Source: Octopus vulgaris
Lineage: Eukaryota
Direction: 5' to 3'
DNA length: 64,000 nt
Assembly (NCBI GenBank): GCA_951406725.2
Contig: OX597819.1
Location: 125,302,001 to 125,366,000 of the forward strand
Position 1 is the stretch's first letter, and the number at the start of each line of letters is the position of its first letter. The notes under the pieces are model-generated. The model made no database searches, had not been told where the DNA came from, and saw only the letters and a program-made list of their open reading frames with translations. The position numbers were made by a program, and so were the translations under genes. Positions 52,031 to 64,000 of this stretch are shown here, in pieces.

Positions 52031-52956
52031 ACAGGTTACGGTCAAACAATTAACAAGCAAATCTGTGGTATTGAGCAGAATACTTGCTGTAGCCCATCTT
52101 TTACCATTTTTATTATCATTATTATTAGGGTTGTAAGCTGGCAGAATTGTTAGCACACTAGGCAAAATACTCAGTGAAATTTTGTCCATCTTTATGTTCT
52201 GAGTTCAAATTTCACCAAAGTCAACTTTGACTTTCATTTTTTGGGGTCAATAAAATAAGTACCAGTTGATTACTGGGGTCAATGTAACCGACTTACCCAC
52301 TCCCCCGAAATTGCTGGCCTTGTGCAAAAGGTAGCACCATTATTATTGTTGTTGTTGTTATTAAAAGCAGTGATTTGGAATTATTATTAAAGCGGTAAAC
52401 AAAACTGTCTAACTGTATTTTACTGTAACACTTTACATTCTGGGTTCAAATTGCACCGAGGTCAGTTTTGAATTTCATCTTTCTAAATTAATTACTAATT
52501 AAGTTTTGGAGTCATTTTAAATGACTAAACCCCTCACTCCAAATTTCTAGCTTGTTCATCCATGCAAATCCAGCATGGAAAAACAGGCACAATAATGGTG
52601 GTACCATCTGCTTTATTTCTTTTCCTATGAAAATTTCTTTTAATTTTGTTCCAAGCATCTGGTTAAAAAGAGCAAAGTAAATTTACTGTATTTTCCTTTA
52701 TTTTCAAAATTAATTGAGGAGGATGTGTTTCAGTAGAAATATGGTAAGAAATGGGTTAATCACGGGTACCCTATAAATCTTGACCCACTTCTCAGGCTGG
52801 TTGTTGGGTCATTTTCCTAAACCCATACTTCAGAATATTGTTCAAACAAGAAGCTTATAGCTGGTGTTGGGCAGTTTGCTTTGCTTCAGATGTAGTAAGC
52901 TGGAAGACTAATTCACTACTCACCTAACATCTGAAGAATGCTAGAATGTAATGACA

Positions 52957-53010
<54 letters not shown>

Positions 53011-53093
53011 TATATATATAATTATTTGAGGGAATATAAATCCAAACTTACAGGGAAAAAAATTCAATTTAGGAATACAAAATCAAATTTCAC

Positions 53094-53137
<44 letters not shown>

Positions 53138-53144
<7 letters not shown>

Positions 53145-53462
53145 TAAAAAAACCCACCTTTTATCAATTCAAAATGAAGAATTAAATTACACCATCTAGA
53201 AAATTACATATAATAGAAATATTAAAATTAAAATAACAATAAAATATCAATGATTAAGTAAATTGCAAAAAAAATATAATAAAAACATATATAAATGATA
53301 AAAACCAATTATATACGTTTTTATTATTTTTTTGCAATTTACTTAATCATTGATATTTTATTGTTATTTTAATTTTAATATTTCTATTATATGTAATTTT
53401 CTAGATGGTGTAATTTAATTCTTCATTTTGAATTGATAAAAGGTGGTTTTTTTCTAATATTA
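53138..53462. repeat. AT-rich palindrome with ~150-bp arms between (TA)n tracts
   Basis: ccaccttttatcaattcaaaatgaag... / ...cttcattttgaattgataaaaggtgg. Confidence 0.9.
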
Positions 53463-53507
53463 TATATATATATACTTTATTTAAAGCAGCAGAAAATTCA
53501 ACAAAAT

Positions 53508-53545
53508 CTGTTACTCTGAGTTTCTCGTTGCCGTTCATCAGACAG
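53508..53545 (-). ncRNA. Minimal type I hammerhead ribozyme, left arm of palindrome 53476-53651
   Basis: CTGT-CTGATGA-A-CG(GCAA)CG-A-GAAA-CTCAGAG-TA-ACAG. Confidence 0.7.
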
Positions 53546-53581
53546 TTTTTGCTAGAAAACTGTCTGATGAACTTGCAAAAA

Positions 53582-53619
53582 CTGTCTGATGAACTTCAAC
53601 GAGAAACTCAGAGTAACAG
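53582..53619 (+). ncRNA. Second hammerhead copy with damaged stem II
   Basis: CTGT-CTGATGA-ACTTCAACGA-GAAA-CTCAGAG-TA-ACAG. Confidence 0.55.
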
Positions 53620-53720
53620 ATTTTGTTGAATTTTCTGCTGCTTTAAATAAATCATATTACTCTACCACTGGTATCTGAGTACTCTTTTTTCCACCTTGTT
53701 TCACATTTATGTGTTTACTC

Positions 53721-53772
<52 letters not shown>

Positions 53773-53972
53773 GTGAATAAGGCATACTTTCACATGTATT
53801 TCTAAATATCTTTTCATTCGTAAACAGATGGTGTTAAAGGCTGCTGTTTATTAACTGGTTAATTAATACAATTGAATAACCTGCATTACTTATTAATGTA
53901 GCTGAAATGATTAATTTTAAAGAGCTACGCTTTATATTTGTTCGGCTATTTCTGTTTACATCGTACAATTTT

Positions 53973-54214
53973 ACTCTCTCTCTCTCTCTCACCATTCTGT
54001 TTTCCTTTTCTCTCTCTCTCTCTCTCTCACCATTCTGTTTTCCTTTTCTCTCTCTCTCTCTCTCACCATTCTGTTTTCCTTTTCTCTCTCTTTCTCCATT
54101 CTGTTTTCCATTTCTCTCTCTTTCTCCATTCTGTTTTCCTTTTCTCTCTCTCTCTCTCTCTCTCGCTCTCCATTCTGTTTTCCTTTTCTCTCTCTCTCTC
54201 TCTCCATTCTGTTT

Positions 54215-54260
<46 letters not shown>

Positions 54261-54420
54261 CTGTTTTCCTTTTCTCTCTCTCTCTCTCTCTTTCTCTCTC
54301 CATTCTGTTTTCCTTTTCTCTCTCTCTCTCTCTCTCCATTCTGTTTTCCTTCTCTCTCTCTCTCTCTCACTCTCACTCTCTCTCCATTCTGTTTTCCTTT
54401 TCTCTCTCTCTCTTTCTCTC
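53973..54420. repeat. Compound minisatellite [CCATTCTGTTTTCCTTTT(CT)n], about 11 units
   Basis: Directly visible. Confidence 0.95.
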
Positions 54421-54706
54421 CCCTCTCTTGTTCCTTCTCTCTCTTTCCCTACCATCTCATTTGCTCTCACTTGGTTGTTAATGTTTTTTTTATATATTAG
54501 GTTTGGAAAGTTTCAAATAACTGAGGAATAAATAAGAAAAAGCTGAAGTTCTGTTCAGTAAACATTATTAATGTCAACAAAATAGCAATAAACTTCAAAC
54601 TGTTTAAATAGAAAGAAAAATAAAGGATAAAAATAGCAAAATCTTTTTCACTTAGATGTCAACCAATTTTCGACTTGCTGCTCTTTCTCACTTTTTCTCT
54701 TTATTT

Positions 54707-54796
54707 ATGTATGTATGTATGTATGTGTGTGTGCATGTATGTATGTGTGTGTGTGTGTGTGTGTGGATGTATGTATGTATGTATGTGTGTGTGTGT

Positions 54797-54838
<42 letters not shown>

Positions 54839-54869
54839 GTATGTATGTATGTATGTATGTGTGTGTGTA

Positions 54870-54932
<63 letters not shown>

Positions 54933-54943
54933 ACATATGTGTA
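54707..54943. repeat. (TG)n/(TATG)n microsatellite
   Basis: Directly visible. Confidence 0.95.
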
Positions 54944-54989
54944 ATAAAATGTTTTTTAATTTTTAGAAATGTAAATTATATTTTATTAT

Positions 54990-55033
<44 letters not shown>

Positions 55034-55559
55034 TTTTTATTATAGTTTACAAAATTTCTGTTTCCAAAGACTAAAAAAAGACAGAAACACCCAAGTGATT
55101 TTTCTGGATTCTTGTTGTAAAGGCAAATGTGTGATTCAGTTTTGTGGATTAATACAAGTTTTCCAAAATGAACGGTACATTAACAACCCAAACAATGTGT
55201 GTGTGTTTGTTTTGCATTCATTATGGTGAGTATCTGAAACTATAAGTTCCCAGAGAAATATCTGATGTGGTTTCAGTTCCCAGATGAAGACAATTTGATT
55301 CATTCATGCCACTAATTTGTATTTGAGAATGCATGAATATCATACACTGACTCTCAATCATCTCCCCCACATTATACCAGTAACCTAGTGCTTATATCAT
55401 ATATCACTCAATATTGATTCAAGCCAAACAGGGGACATTTATGGGGTCACTTGACCTTCAAATTACAACCCTATTGAAAAATGTGTGTATCCAGGATAAT
55501 GTAATCAAAATATCGCTGAGAACTTACAGAAATGGCTTCAATGTTTTTTTAATCATGGG

Positions 55560-55890
55560 GCTTCTGAAAAGTAGTAGTTTTCTGATTGCAGCCCTCCCAT
55601 GAAATCCAGCTTTGTGCAGTTCCTGGCAAACAGTTTTTGTGGAAACTGGGTTCTTGGGGTAGTCATTAAGCTCTGCAGAAATTTTGGAAGCTGTACTTTT
55701 GTGATCCTTTCTAACAATTTGTGTAAGAGTCCGATGGTCCCTATGAAAGTTTTGGTTTTCTTCTGGAGTTTTGTTTCGACAAGGAGGTTTTTTTCTACTT
55801 TCTCAAAGGCTGTCATTACTTTTGAGACAGGACTTCTCGATACATTAGACATTTTGGCTGTTTTCGTTATGCTAGTGCCTGCCATATGAG
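55560..55890 (-). mobile_element. Tc1-like transposase N-terminal fragment, same family as 45910-46380
   Basis: AHMAGTSITKTAKMSNVSRSPVSKVMTAF; nucleotide similarity to 45930-46210. Confidence 0.85.
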
Positions 55891-57008
55891 CATATATATC
55901 CTTATTATAAAGTTGCACTGTATCATAAAACATATTATTGATTTTGAGGCGGGTTTGCTTTATATTCAGGATAATATACTGACGTGTTTTAGGGCGTCAA
56001 ACAGAATACCTCAGGTGTTTGTACAGACACTTGATGCTCTGAGTTCAACTTTATCTTTCATTTTTTGGAGTTGATAAAAATTACCAATCCAGGAAGATGA
56101 ATAGGTGGAACTTTAAGAACATTGGGCCAGATATCTTACAGTATTGGTTCCAATTCTTTGCATTCTAAATTCAAATTCTGCCATGAACTATATTGAAGGT
56201 ACACTTAATCCATCACCTGATTTTTCACCACCACAAGTTTATATTTGTGCATTTGTTCTGACTTTCCATGTTCTGAGAGGAAATACCTTCAGAATCAACT
56301 TTCACTTTCACTATTAGGGGATAAATTGATCAAATTATTACTACTACTCAAGTATTGAAGATATTTAATTCCTCTTGCAAACATTTTTATTTTATACTCC
56401 CTGCAAGATTCTTTTTTTTTTGTCTCACCTTTATTTTTTCTTATATGTTATCCTTTTTAATAGGCTCTCTCTTTTTTGGTGTGTATATATATGAGTACAT
56501 GTATATGTGTGTGTGTCTATGCATGAGTGAATGATTGTACTTGAAAAGTATAAAAGCCATTGTTGACTTTGGGAGGATTTGAACCCAGAATATTCTTTTT
56601 GCAACCACATTGTGCAAGAACCATCTTCAATTCTTTGTTGTATATTACTGTCTCTAGATCACCTACGATTGAGAGACATAGGATCATAGATGTTCCTGCT
56701 GCAACCATCCCATTTTCCCCCATCCCCAGCCAGGTTCAATTTTTTTAACCTCTTCCTTTCTTCGATTGGAAATTTGGCTGCTGTTTCTAGTAAGTCAATA
56801 ACTATGTAGAGGCTGCCTCATCTGACCCCTGTTGTTTCTTGTTTCAAGAACACAGGTATCTGAAATCGATATGGCATTTTTATCTTTAGAAAAGCATAGC
56901 TTCCTCACTAAATATCAATTTCTTAATTCTTTTTCTTTATTCCAGAATGTTTAATGTTTATGTACAAATCAGTGTGTGGCATAAATACACACACAAGCAC
57001 ATGTGCAT

Positions 57009-57039
<31 letters not shown>

Positions 57040-57519
57040 TGCACACATTGATTGGTTAACTGATTTTAAGGTGTGCGTGTGTTTTGTAATGATAACAACT
57101 TTAAAGATGATAATGATGGATGATGCTGATAAAAATGATGATGATCAAAAAGTTTTAAAAAAGAAAAAAGATGAAAATAAGTAAAATGAAAAAGTTGACA
57201 AAACAAATAATAAAGATGTTTATGTGAATACTCAGAGGAATTCTTCCTGGATATTTGTCAACTGAAGAATCACATCACCACACATCTGCAATATCTTACC
57301 ATTCCTCATTCTAATCATTTCAACAACTATGAAATTGGAATTCTAAAATTTGCTTTCAAACTAAGAACTATGTTAAATTTTTTTATCGATATCATACAAA
57401 CATGTGTATGTATATATATATATTACAGAGATGTACTTGCATAGCGAGTGACTTGATCTGAGATCATGTGCTGGAACGAAAACAATTGCACGCTGTAATT
57501 ATTTATATATATATATAGT

Positions 57520-57771
57520 TCAGCAAAATTTAGATTCAGATGAATATGGTACTTAAGTCAAAAGCACCAGAAGTTTGTATGGTATTATCCATATAAATCA
57601 AATGGGGTGGTTATAATCAAAATAAGCAACAAGTATATCCAAGGTAGAGTGGTACAATTGCTTCATGCTACTTCATTTTATCAAACACTGTAATGTTTAC
57701 AGTGTTTAATAAAATGAAGTAGCATGAAACAATTGTACCACTCTACCTCAGATATACTTGTTGCTTATTTT

Positions 57772-57772
<1 letters not shown>
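57520..57772. repeat. Repeat end with fold-back palindrome (57618-57772); same family at 61628-61900
   Basis: Shared agcaaaa(a)tttagattcaga...ggtattatccatataaatcaaatgggg and shared palindromic arms. Confidence 0.85.
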
Positions 57773-57818
<46 letters not shown>

Positions 57819-58238
57819 CCGTAGAAGGTGTAGGACAAAGTATTAAAGACTGACCCAAGGATGTTGAGTCTCGTCTCATGGAAGAGATGACTAAGAACCA
57901 AGATGACTGCCAATTTACTGTGGTAAAAAAAATCCATCCATTCAAGCCATCCCAATCCCAATTTCCCCAACCCTAACTACAGCACTATCCCATCTTGAAT
58001 TAATTCCCTCAAAACTACTGCCTCCTCAAGGGGTCTTTCTTTGCAAGCTACTTGGTTACCTTACTAGTGTCAGTGACACAAAAAAATGCATCCAGTTGGT
58101 ATTGGGAAGGACATCCAACTGTAGACACCGTGCCAAAAACAGACAGCGGAGTTCTTAACAGACCTCTGACCTATCAAAATGTCAAACCCATGCCAGTACA
58201 GAATATGGCCACTAATTGATGATGATGATGATATTTGT

Positions 58239-58273
<35 letters not shown>

Positions 58274-58727
58274 CAGGGGTTGGACAAAATAATGGAAACA
58301 CCTAGCATCATAATTTTGAAATATCTATAAAACTGTCAAAAGGAAATGCAATCTTTCAGGATGATAATGCACCAATTCACACAGCTAAAGTTGTTACTGA
58401 ATGGCACGAGGAACATTCTAGTGAAGTTGGACATCTTCTCTGGCCACCACAGTCCCCTGATCTCAATATTATTGAACATTTATGGTGCATTTTAGAAAAA
58501 AGTGTAAGGAGTTAATATCATCCACCATCATCACTACAAGAACTGGAGACTGTTTTAGCTGAAGCTGAAGAATGGACAAAAATTCCTTTGGAAATAATTC
58601 AAACTTTGTATGAGTTCCATACCTTGTGGGATTCAAGCTGTAATTACTGCCAAAGATGGTCCTACCCCATATTAAAATAAATTTGTTTGAAATTTTAAGG
58701 TGTTTCCATTATTTTGTCCAACCCCTG
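58274..58727 (+). mobile_element. Internally deleted Tc1 element retaining the catalytic C-terminus
   Basis: TIRs caggggttggacaaaataatggaaacacct; FQDDNAPIHTAK...WPPQSPDLNIIEHLW. Confidence 0.9.
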
Positions 58728-58910
58728 TGTGTATATATACTTGAATCCCAAAATAGTTCTGACTTCAAATTCTTTCGTCCATTAATTATCTACATGGTGG
58801 AAAGTGTGTAATGATTAAGTGCCAGTAATATATATATATATATATAGGGGTGAACTTTCATTCACCCCTTCATTCTGTTGGAAACAAATATCCTTGTAAC
58901 CTGACACACA

Positions 58911-58954
<44 letters not shown>

Positions 58955-59350
58955 CATTCGTACAAACATATAAAAAAATATATTATATACCTTATGTTTA
59001 TGTATCTGTTGGTGTTCGTATTTAAGTGTATATATTCTATTGTATTAATAAAACTGTTTTTTTTTTCTTTTTTAAATTACTGAATGTTTTAATTTTCTAC
59101 TAATTACTACTTTCATCATCATAATAATCCTTATATTCCTACTAACATTAACTATTTGCTAGCTACTACTACTACTAATACTACAACTGCTGCTGCTAAA
59201 GATGATAATGATGTGTGAGCTAACCACTGTTTTGCCATTAACAGACTTCACATTTTTTTATATGATATACAAACACATACACATACAATATGTATGCATA
59301 CATCATAGATAGAGAGATAATATGTATGTGAGTTTGTGTATGGGTAGGAA

Positions 59351-59358
59351 TGTATGCA

Positions 59359-59417
<59 letters not shown>

Positions 59418-59506
59418 ATGTGTGCATGTATACATATATATGTGTATATATATGTATATATATATGTATATATATATGTGTGTGTGTGTATATGAATATA
59501 TATGTG

Positions 59507-59543
<37 letters not shown>

Positions 59544-59559
59544 ATATATACAGTTTTTG

Positions 59560-59646
<87 letters not shown>
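59351..59646. repeat. Compound (TA)n/(TG)n/(GA)n microsatellite
   Basis: Directly visible. Confidence 0.95.
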
Positions 59647-59647
<1 letters not shown>

Positions 59648-59649
<2 letters not shown>

Positions 59650-60060
59650 ATTTGTCCTTAGCTGTCTGGATTACTGCTCTCAACTGTGGTCACCACACAG
59701 TATCAAATTAACAGTGGAATTTGGGGCAGTTCACCAGTGCTACACCAGGGGGTTTGCATCAATGGAACAGTTGAGGGACTGGGAGAGATTGAAAGAATTA
59801 TGACTCTACTCCCTGGAGTAGAGACATGAGAAATGTGTGGTGATATATTTATGGAAGAGGCTAAAGGGTTTGGTGCCAAACTCTGGCATCACAGTTATAT
59901 CAGCCCACCAAAGTGAATGTCACCTCACTGTTCTGAAGGTCCCACACATTCCATCTAGGGTGAGCACCAGATACTGCAATAGCTCTGGATTCAAAGATCC
60001 ACAGCTATTTGATATCTTGCCAAAATATCTGAGAAACTTATATGGAATGGGGGTAAACAT
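59648..60060 (+). mobile_element. CR1-group LINE fragment
   Basis: [10 protein letters not shown]...WERLKEL*LYSLE*R...IYLWK.LKGLVPN. Confidence 0.85.
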
Positions 60061-60243
60061 AAATTAGTGGAAATTTTACCAGTGAGTGTTTTAAATTATA
60101 AGGCACTAAAAGAGAATGATTCTCCCCAGATACTGCACAATATACTTCAACACACGAACTCACATAAAGAATCTTACAAACCAAATCCAAAAACGAAATA
60201 TATATAATATATATGTGTGTGTGTATGTATGTATATATAGACT

Positions 60244-61047
60244 TTGAGGGTCGTAGTCCATCTCATTAGGGAGAGAGTCTGCTTAGATGAGATGCAGTTC
60301 GGTTTTGTTCCAGGTAGAAACACCACTGATGCCATATTCCTGGTTCGACAACTGCAGGAGAAATACCTAGCTAAAGATAAAACCCTCTACATAGTTTTTG
60401 TGGACTTGGAGAAAGCCTTTGACAGGGTCCCCCGATCCCTTATCTGGTGGGCAATGCAGAAGCTGGAGATTGACGAATGGTTGATAAGGGCTGTACAGGC
60501 CCTATACAGAGAGGCCGTTAGTAAGGTTAGGATTGGCAATGAGTATAGTGAAGAATTTTGGGTAGAAGTAGGGGTCCACCAAGGTTCAGCCCTTAGTCCC
60601 CTTCTATTCGTCATAGTCCTCCAGGCAATAACAGAGGAATTCAAGATGGGTTGCCCCTGGGAGCTCTTCTATGCTGATGACCTGGCCCTCATAGCAGAAT
60701 CACTACCGGAACTAGAAAAGACATTTCGGGTGTGGAAGCTAGGTTTAGAATCAAAGGGCCTTAGAGAAAATGTAGCAAAGACCAAAGTTATAGTAAGCTG
60801 AAAGGCGAACTCATCACACACACCCTTGGGCAGGTGGCCCTGCTCGATCTGGCAACTGTGCTGGTGGCACATAAAAAGCACCCACTACACTCACGGAGTG
60901 GTTGGTGTTAGGAAGAGCATCCAGCTGTAGAAACACTGCCAGATCAGACTGGCCCTGGTGCAGCCTCCTGGCTTCCCAGACCCCGGTCGAACCATCCAAC
61001 CCATGCTAGCTCGGAAAGCGGACGTTAAACGATGATGAGGATGATGA
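60244..61047 (+). mobile_element. RTE LINE: reverse transcriptase core joined directly to the 3' tail (internal deletion)
   Basis: QFGFVPGRNTTDAIF, FVDLEKAFDRVP, GVHQGSALSPLLF and YADD, then the tail from ~60845. Confidence 0.95.
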
Positions 61048-61627
61048 TATATATATAAAAATTCAAATAAGTTATCATTATCTATAAAAATAATGATAAA
61101 GTGGCCAGCAAAAATTATTCAAATAAGCAAAATATATAATAATAAAAAGTCATGGTATGATAGGTATCTGTTCACTTGTAACAGGAGTTAAAACTCTCCA
61201 AAACCACGCATCTCTCTCTGTATGTAAACATGCATGGAGAATATGGCAGATATATTTCTCTGAAACAGTCCTCCCACTTGTAAGACACATGTAGTGAAAT
61301 ACAAATAAAATCATAGACATTGTTGTATCAATGGATTTCACTTTCTGTATTGAATCAACACTTAAAGTTCGTCAGACAGACGTACTACATAAACTATTTC
61401 AAAAAACATATTTACCTCTCCATGCGCATTGTTCAATAGAAGCCCCCCCCACCCCACCCGCGACTTTCAAACAAACGTTAGTGAGCAAGTATAAATTAAA
61501 AAATTCAAATAAGTTATCATATAGTGGGAGGTGCATGGTTTCGGAGCGTTTTAACTTCTCTTTCAAGCAAATAGGTACCGATTGTACCTTGACTTTTTAT
61601 TAGAATATATATATATATATATATATA

Positions 61628-61900
61628 GCAAAAATTTAGATTCAGATTAAAGTTAAAGGCACCAGAATTCTGTATGGTATTATCCATATAAATCAAATGG
61701 GGTGATTATAATCAAAATAAGCAACAAGGATATCCTAGGTAGTGTAGTACAATCGTTTCATGCTACTTCATTTAATTAAACAATGTATTACATCAGTTTT
61801 AAAATTTAGAGCAATACTTACATTGTTTAATAAAATGAAGTAGCATGAAACGATTGTACTACACTAACTTTGGATATCTTTGTTGCTTATTTTGATTATA
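61628..61900. repeat. Repeat end with fold-back palindrome (61707-61900)
   Basis: Same arms as 57618-57772 with a longer spacer. Confidence 0.85.
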
Positions 61901-61906
61901 TATATA

Positions 61907-62780
61907 CAGGGTGTCCCAAATGTCATTGATGGGTTTCAGTTTTTAATAACTTCCTTAAATTTACAAATGAATGCATGAAATTTAAATACAATATAAAGGA
62001 CATAATGGAAATTAATATGCACATGTCAAATTTTGCAACACCACTACATCACATATGTAAAATGGACATCGCTTAAATGGCAACCATTTTTGGCTTTGCA
62101 CACCTGTGCTCTTTTCAAAACATGCACCATAACACCCTCAAGAGTTTCAGACCCCACTTCTCTGATTGATTTCTCTATTGATGTTCTTCTTCAGTTGCAC
62201 CAGGGTCTCCGGTTTGTTGACATAAATAAACCCTTTCTTTCAGGTATCCCTACAAGAAAAAATCCAGGCTAGTCAAGTCTGGGGAACGGGAAGGCCAGTT
62301 GACATTGCCATAGTGGGAGATTATTCTTTCTCTAAAGCACTGCCGTAGCAACTGCATTGTTTCTCTTGTGGTATGAGCAGTTGCCCCATCTTACTGAAAC
62401 CATGGGTGAAGCCTACATTGAATGGCCGGGCACGAAAAGGTCTCAGTCATGGATACCTGAAAGAGAGGGTTTACATCAAGAAACCGGAGACCCTGGTGCA
62501 ACTGAAGGAGAGCATCAATAGAGAAATCAGAGAAGTGGGGTCTGAAACTCTTGAGGGTGTTATGGTTCAAGTTTTGGAAAGAGCACGGGCATGTGAAGCC
62601 GAAATTGGCTTCCATTTAAGCGATGACACTTTTTATATGTGATGTTGTGGTGTTTCAAAATTTGACTTGGGCATATTAATTTCCATTTTGTCCTTTGTAA
62701 TGTATCAAACCTTCATTCATTTATTTGTAAAGTTAAGGAAGTTATCAAAAACTGAACCCATCAGTGACTTTTGGGACACC

Positions 62781-62783
<3 letters not shown>
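61907..62783. mobile_element. Fold-back derivative of a DD41D (rosa-type) transposon made of two inverted 3' ends
   Basis: TA|CAGGGTGTCCCAAA...TTTGGGACACCCTG|TA; - strand WFQ*D-x41-DFFL*GYLKERVY; + strand GYLKERVYIKKPETL. Confidence 0.9.
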
Positions 62784-62830
<47 letters not shown>

Positions 62831-62978
62831 AGGTGAGAGAGTTGTTGTGTGAAAGCACGTGGTTGGATGTATAAAAAATAAAAAAGAGTGAAAAAACTAC
62901 AGAAGGCTTGTGTTATAAGGTTAAAGAATATATTTAAGTCGTTATGTTAGAAAAATGCTATAAAACTTTGTGTATAGT

Positions 62979-63037
<59 letters not shown>

Positions 63038-63389
63038 AATACATATGCTTATATAGAGAATATATATATATATATACTTATATCACACATACACACACAC
63101 ATATAATGCTTACAAAATATACACAATAATATAAATAATATTAAAAATATATCACATTGTTATGGTTGGAATGCCTTTCAACACAAGTTTGCTTGCTCAG
63201 GGTTGACCTGGATCAAAACAACATAATGCATATATACACGAAATACATATATACACGAAAAGGTTAAACTTTATGATTATTCGCTTTGAATATGCAGCTT
63301 TTAGCTATACCCAGTCGTAACTCAGGATGGTGTTAACTATGATGGATAAAAAAGAACCCCAAGGACTAATTGATAAGTTCATGCCTCTA

Positions 63390-63483
63390 TCATCATCATT
63401 GTTTAACGTCTGCTTTCCATGCTAGCATGAGTTGGATGAATGACTGAGGCTTGGCAAACCTGATGGCTACACCAGGCTTCAAT
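63390..63483 (-). mobile_element. RTE-tail repeat, extreme 3' end
   Basis: catcatcattgtttaacgtctgctttccatgctagc. Confidence 0.75.
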
Positions 63484-63869
63484 CCAATATAATAATCCAG
63501 TGAGTAAATAGTTGTGTTGAACAATCAGACATTTTGCTGAAACCAACACAAGATTCATTTACATTTCTATGGTATGTAGCTATGGAAATTTCAGTAAATC
63601 ACCTTACCACTGTTTCTTAGTTATAAGCTGCTCTTTTATTAAATTTTAGAGAATTAAATCATAAAAACACACATATACATAACATACCATAATGTAACAT
63701 TGATATGATATTCAATAGGGTTTATTATTATTATAATTATTATTATCATTATTATTTCATCTTTGGAGTTTTTATAATTCTATAATTACTCTGGAATTTT
63801 AAAATTCCAGTATCATGTACTTAACCCTAAAAAACATATACCCATACTCATCTGTCTATCTATCTATCT

Positions 63870-63911
<42 letters not shown>

Positions 63912-64000
63912 GAACAAAAAGGTTTGTATTATTATCATTATTATTATTACTAAATGTGTCTATTGATATTGTATATTTTGCATGTTCTACTGATGTTGTC

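Noticed and set aside
53834-55045. Long ORFs rich in ER, LS and VC repeats
   Set aside because: They are translations of microsatellites.

Overview
This is AT-rich, microsatellite-dense eukaryotic genomic DNA. It is most likely from an octopus or another coleoid cephalopod, inferred from the SINE/RTE repeat repertoire rather than proven. Most of the window is intronic or intergenic and holds three tRNA-derived SINE families, many RTE-LINE 3' ends, LINE fragments (RTE, CR1, R4/Dong), Penelope-like element (PLE) relics with hammerhead ribozymes, Tc1/mariner relics (DD34D, DD34E, DD41D), piggyBac-type MITEs, a non-autonomous Helitron and many fold-back palindromes. One clear host exon lies on + (38393-39216), a spectrin-like region resembling PLEKHG4/puratrophin-type RhoGEFs. 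The main finding is invisible in the ORF track: short phase-compatible exons on the - strand (14598 to 5788) splice into a ~146-aa putative secreted Spaetzle/neurotrophin-like cystine-knot protein. That model lacks one knot cysteine and has one non-canonical donor. All family assignments are by eye from remembered motifs; no searches were run.
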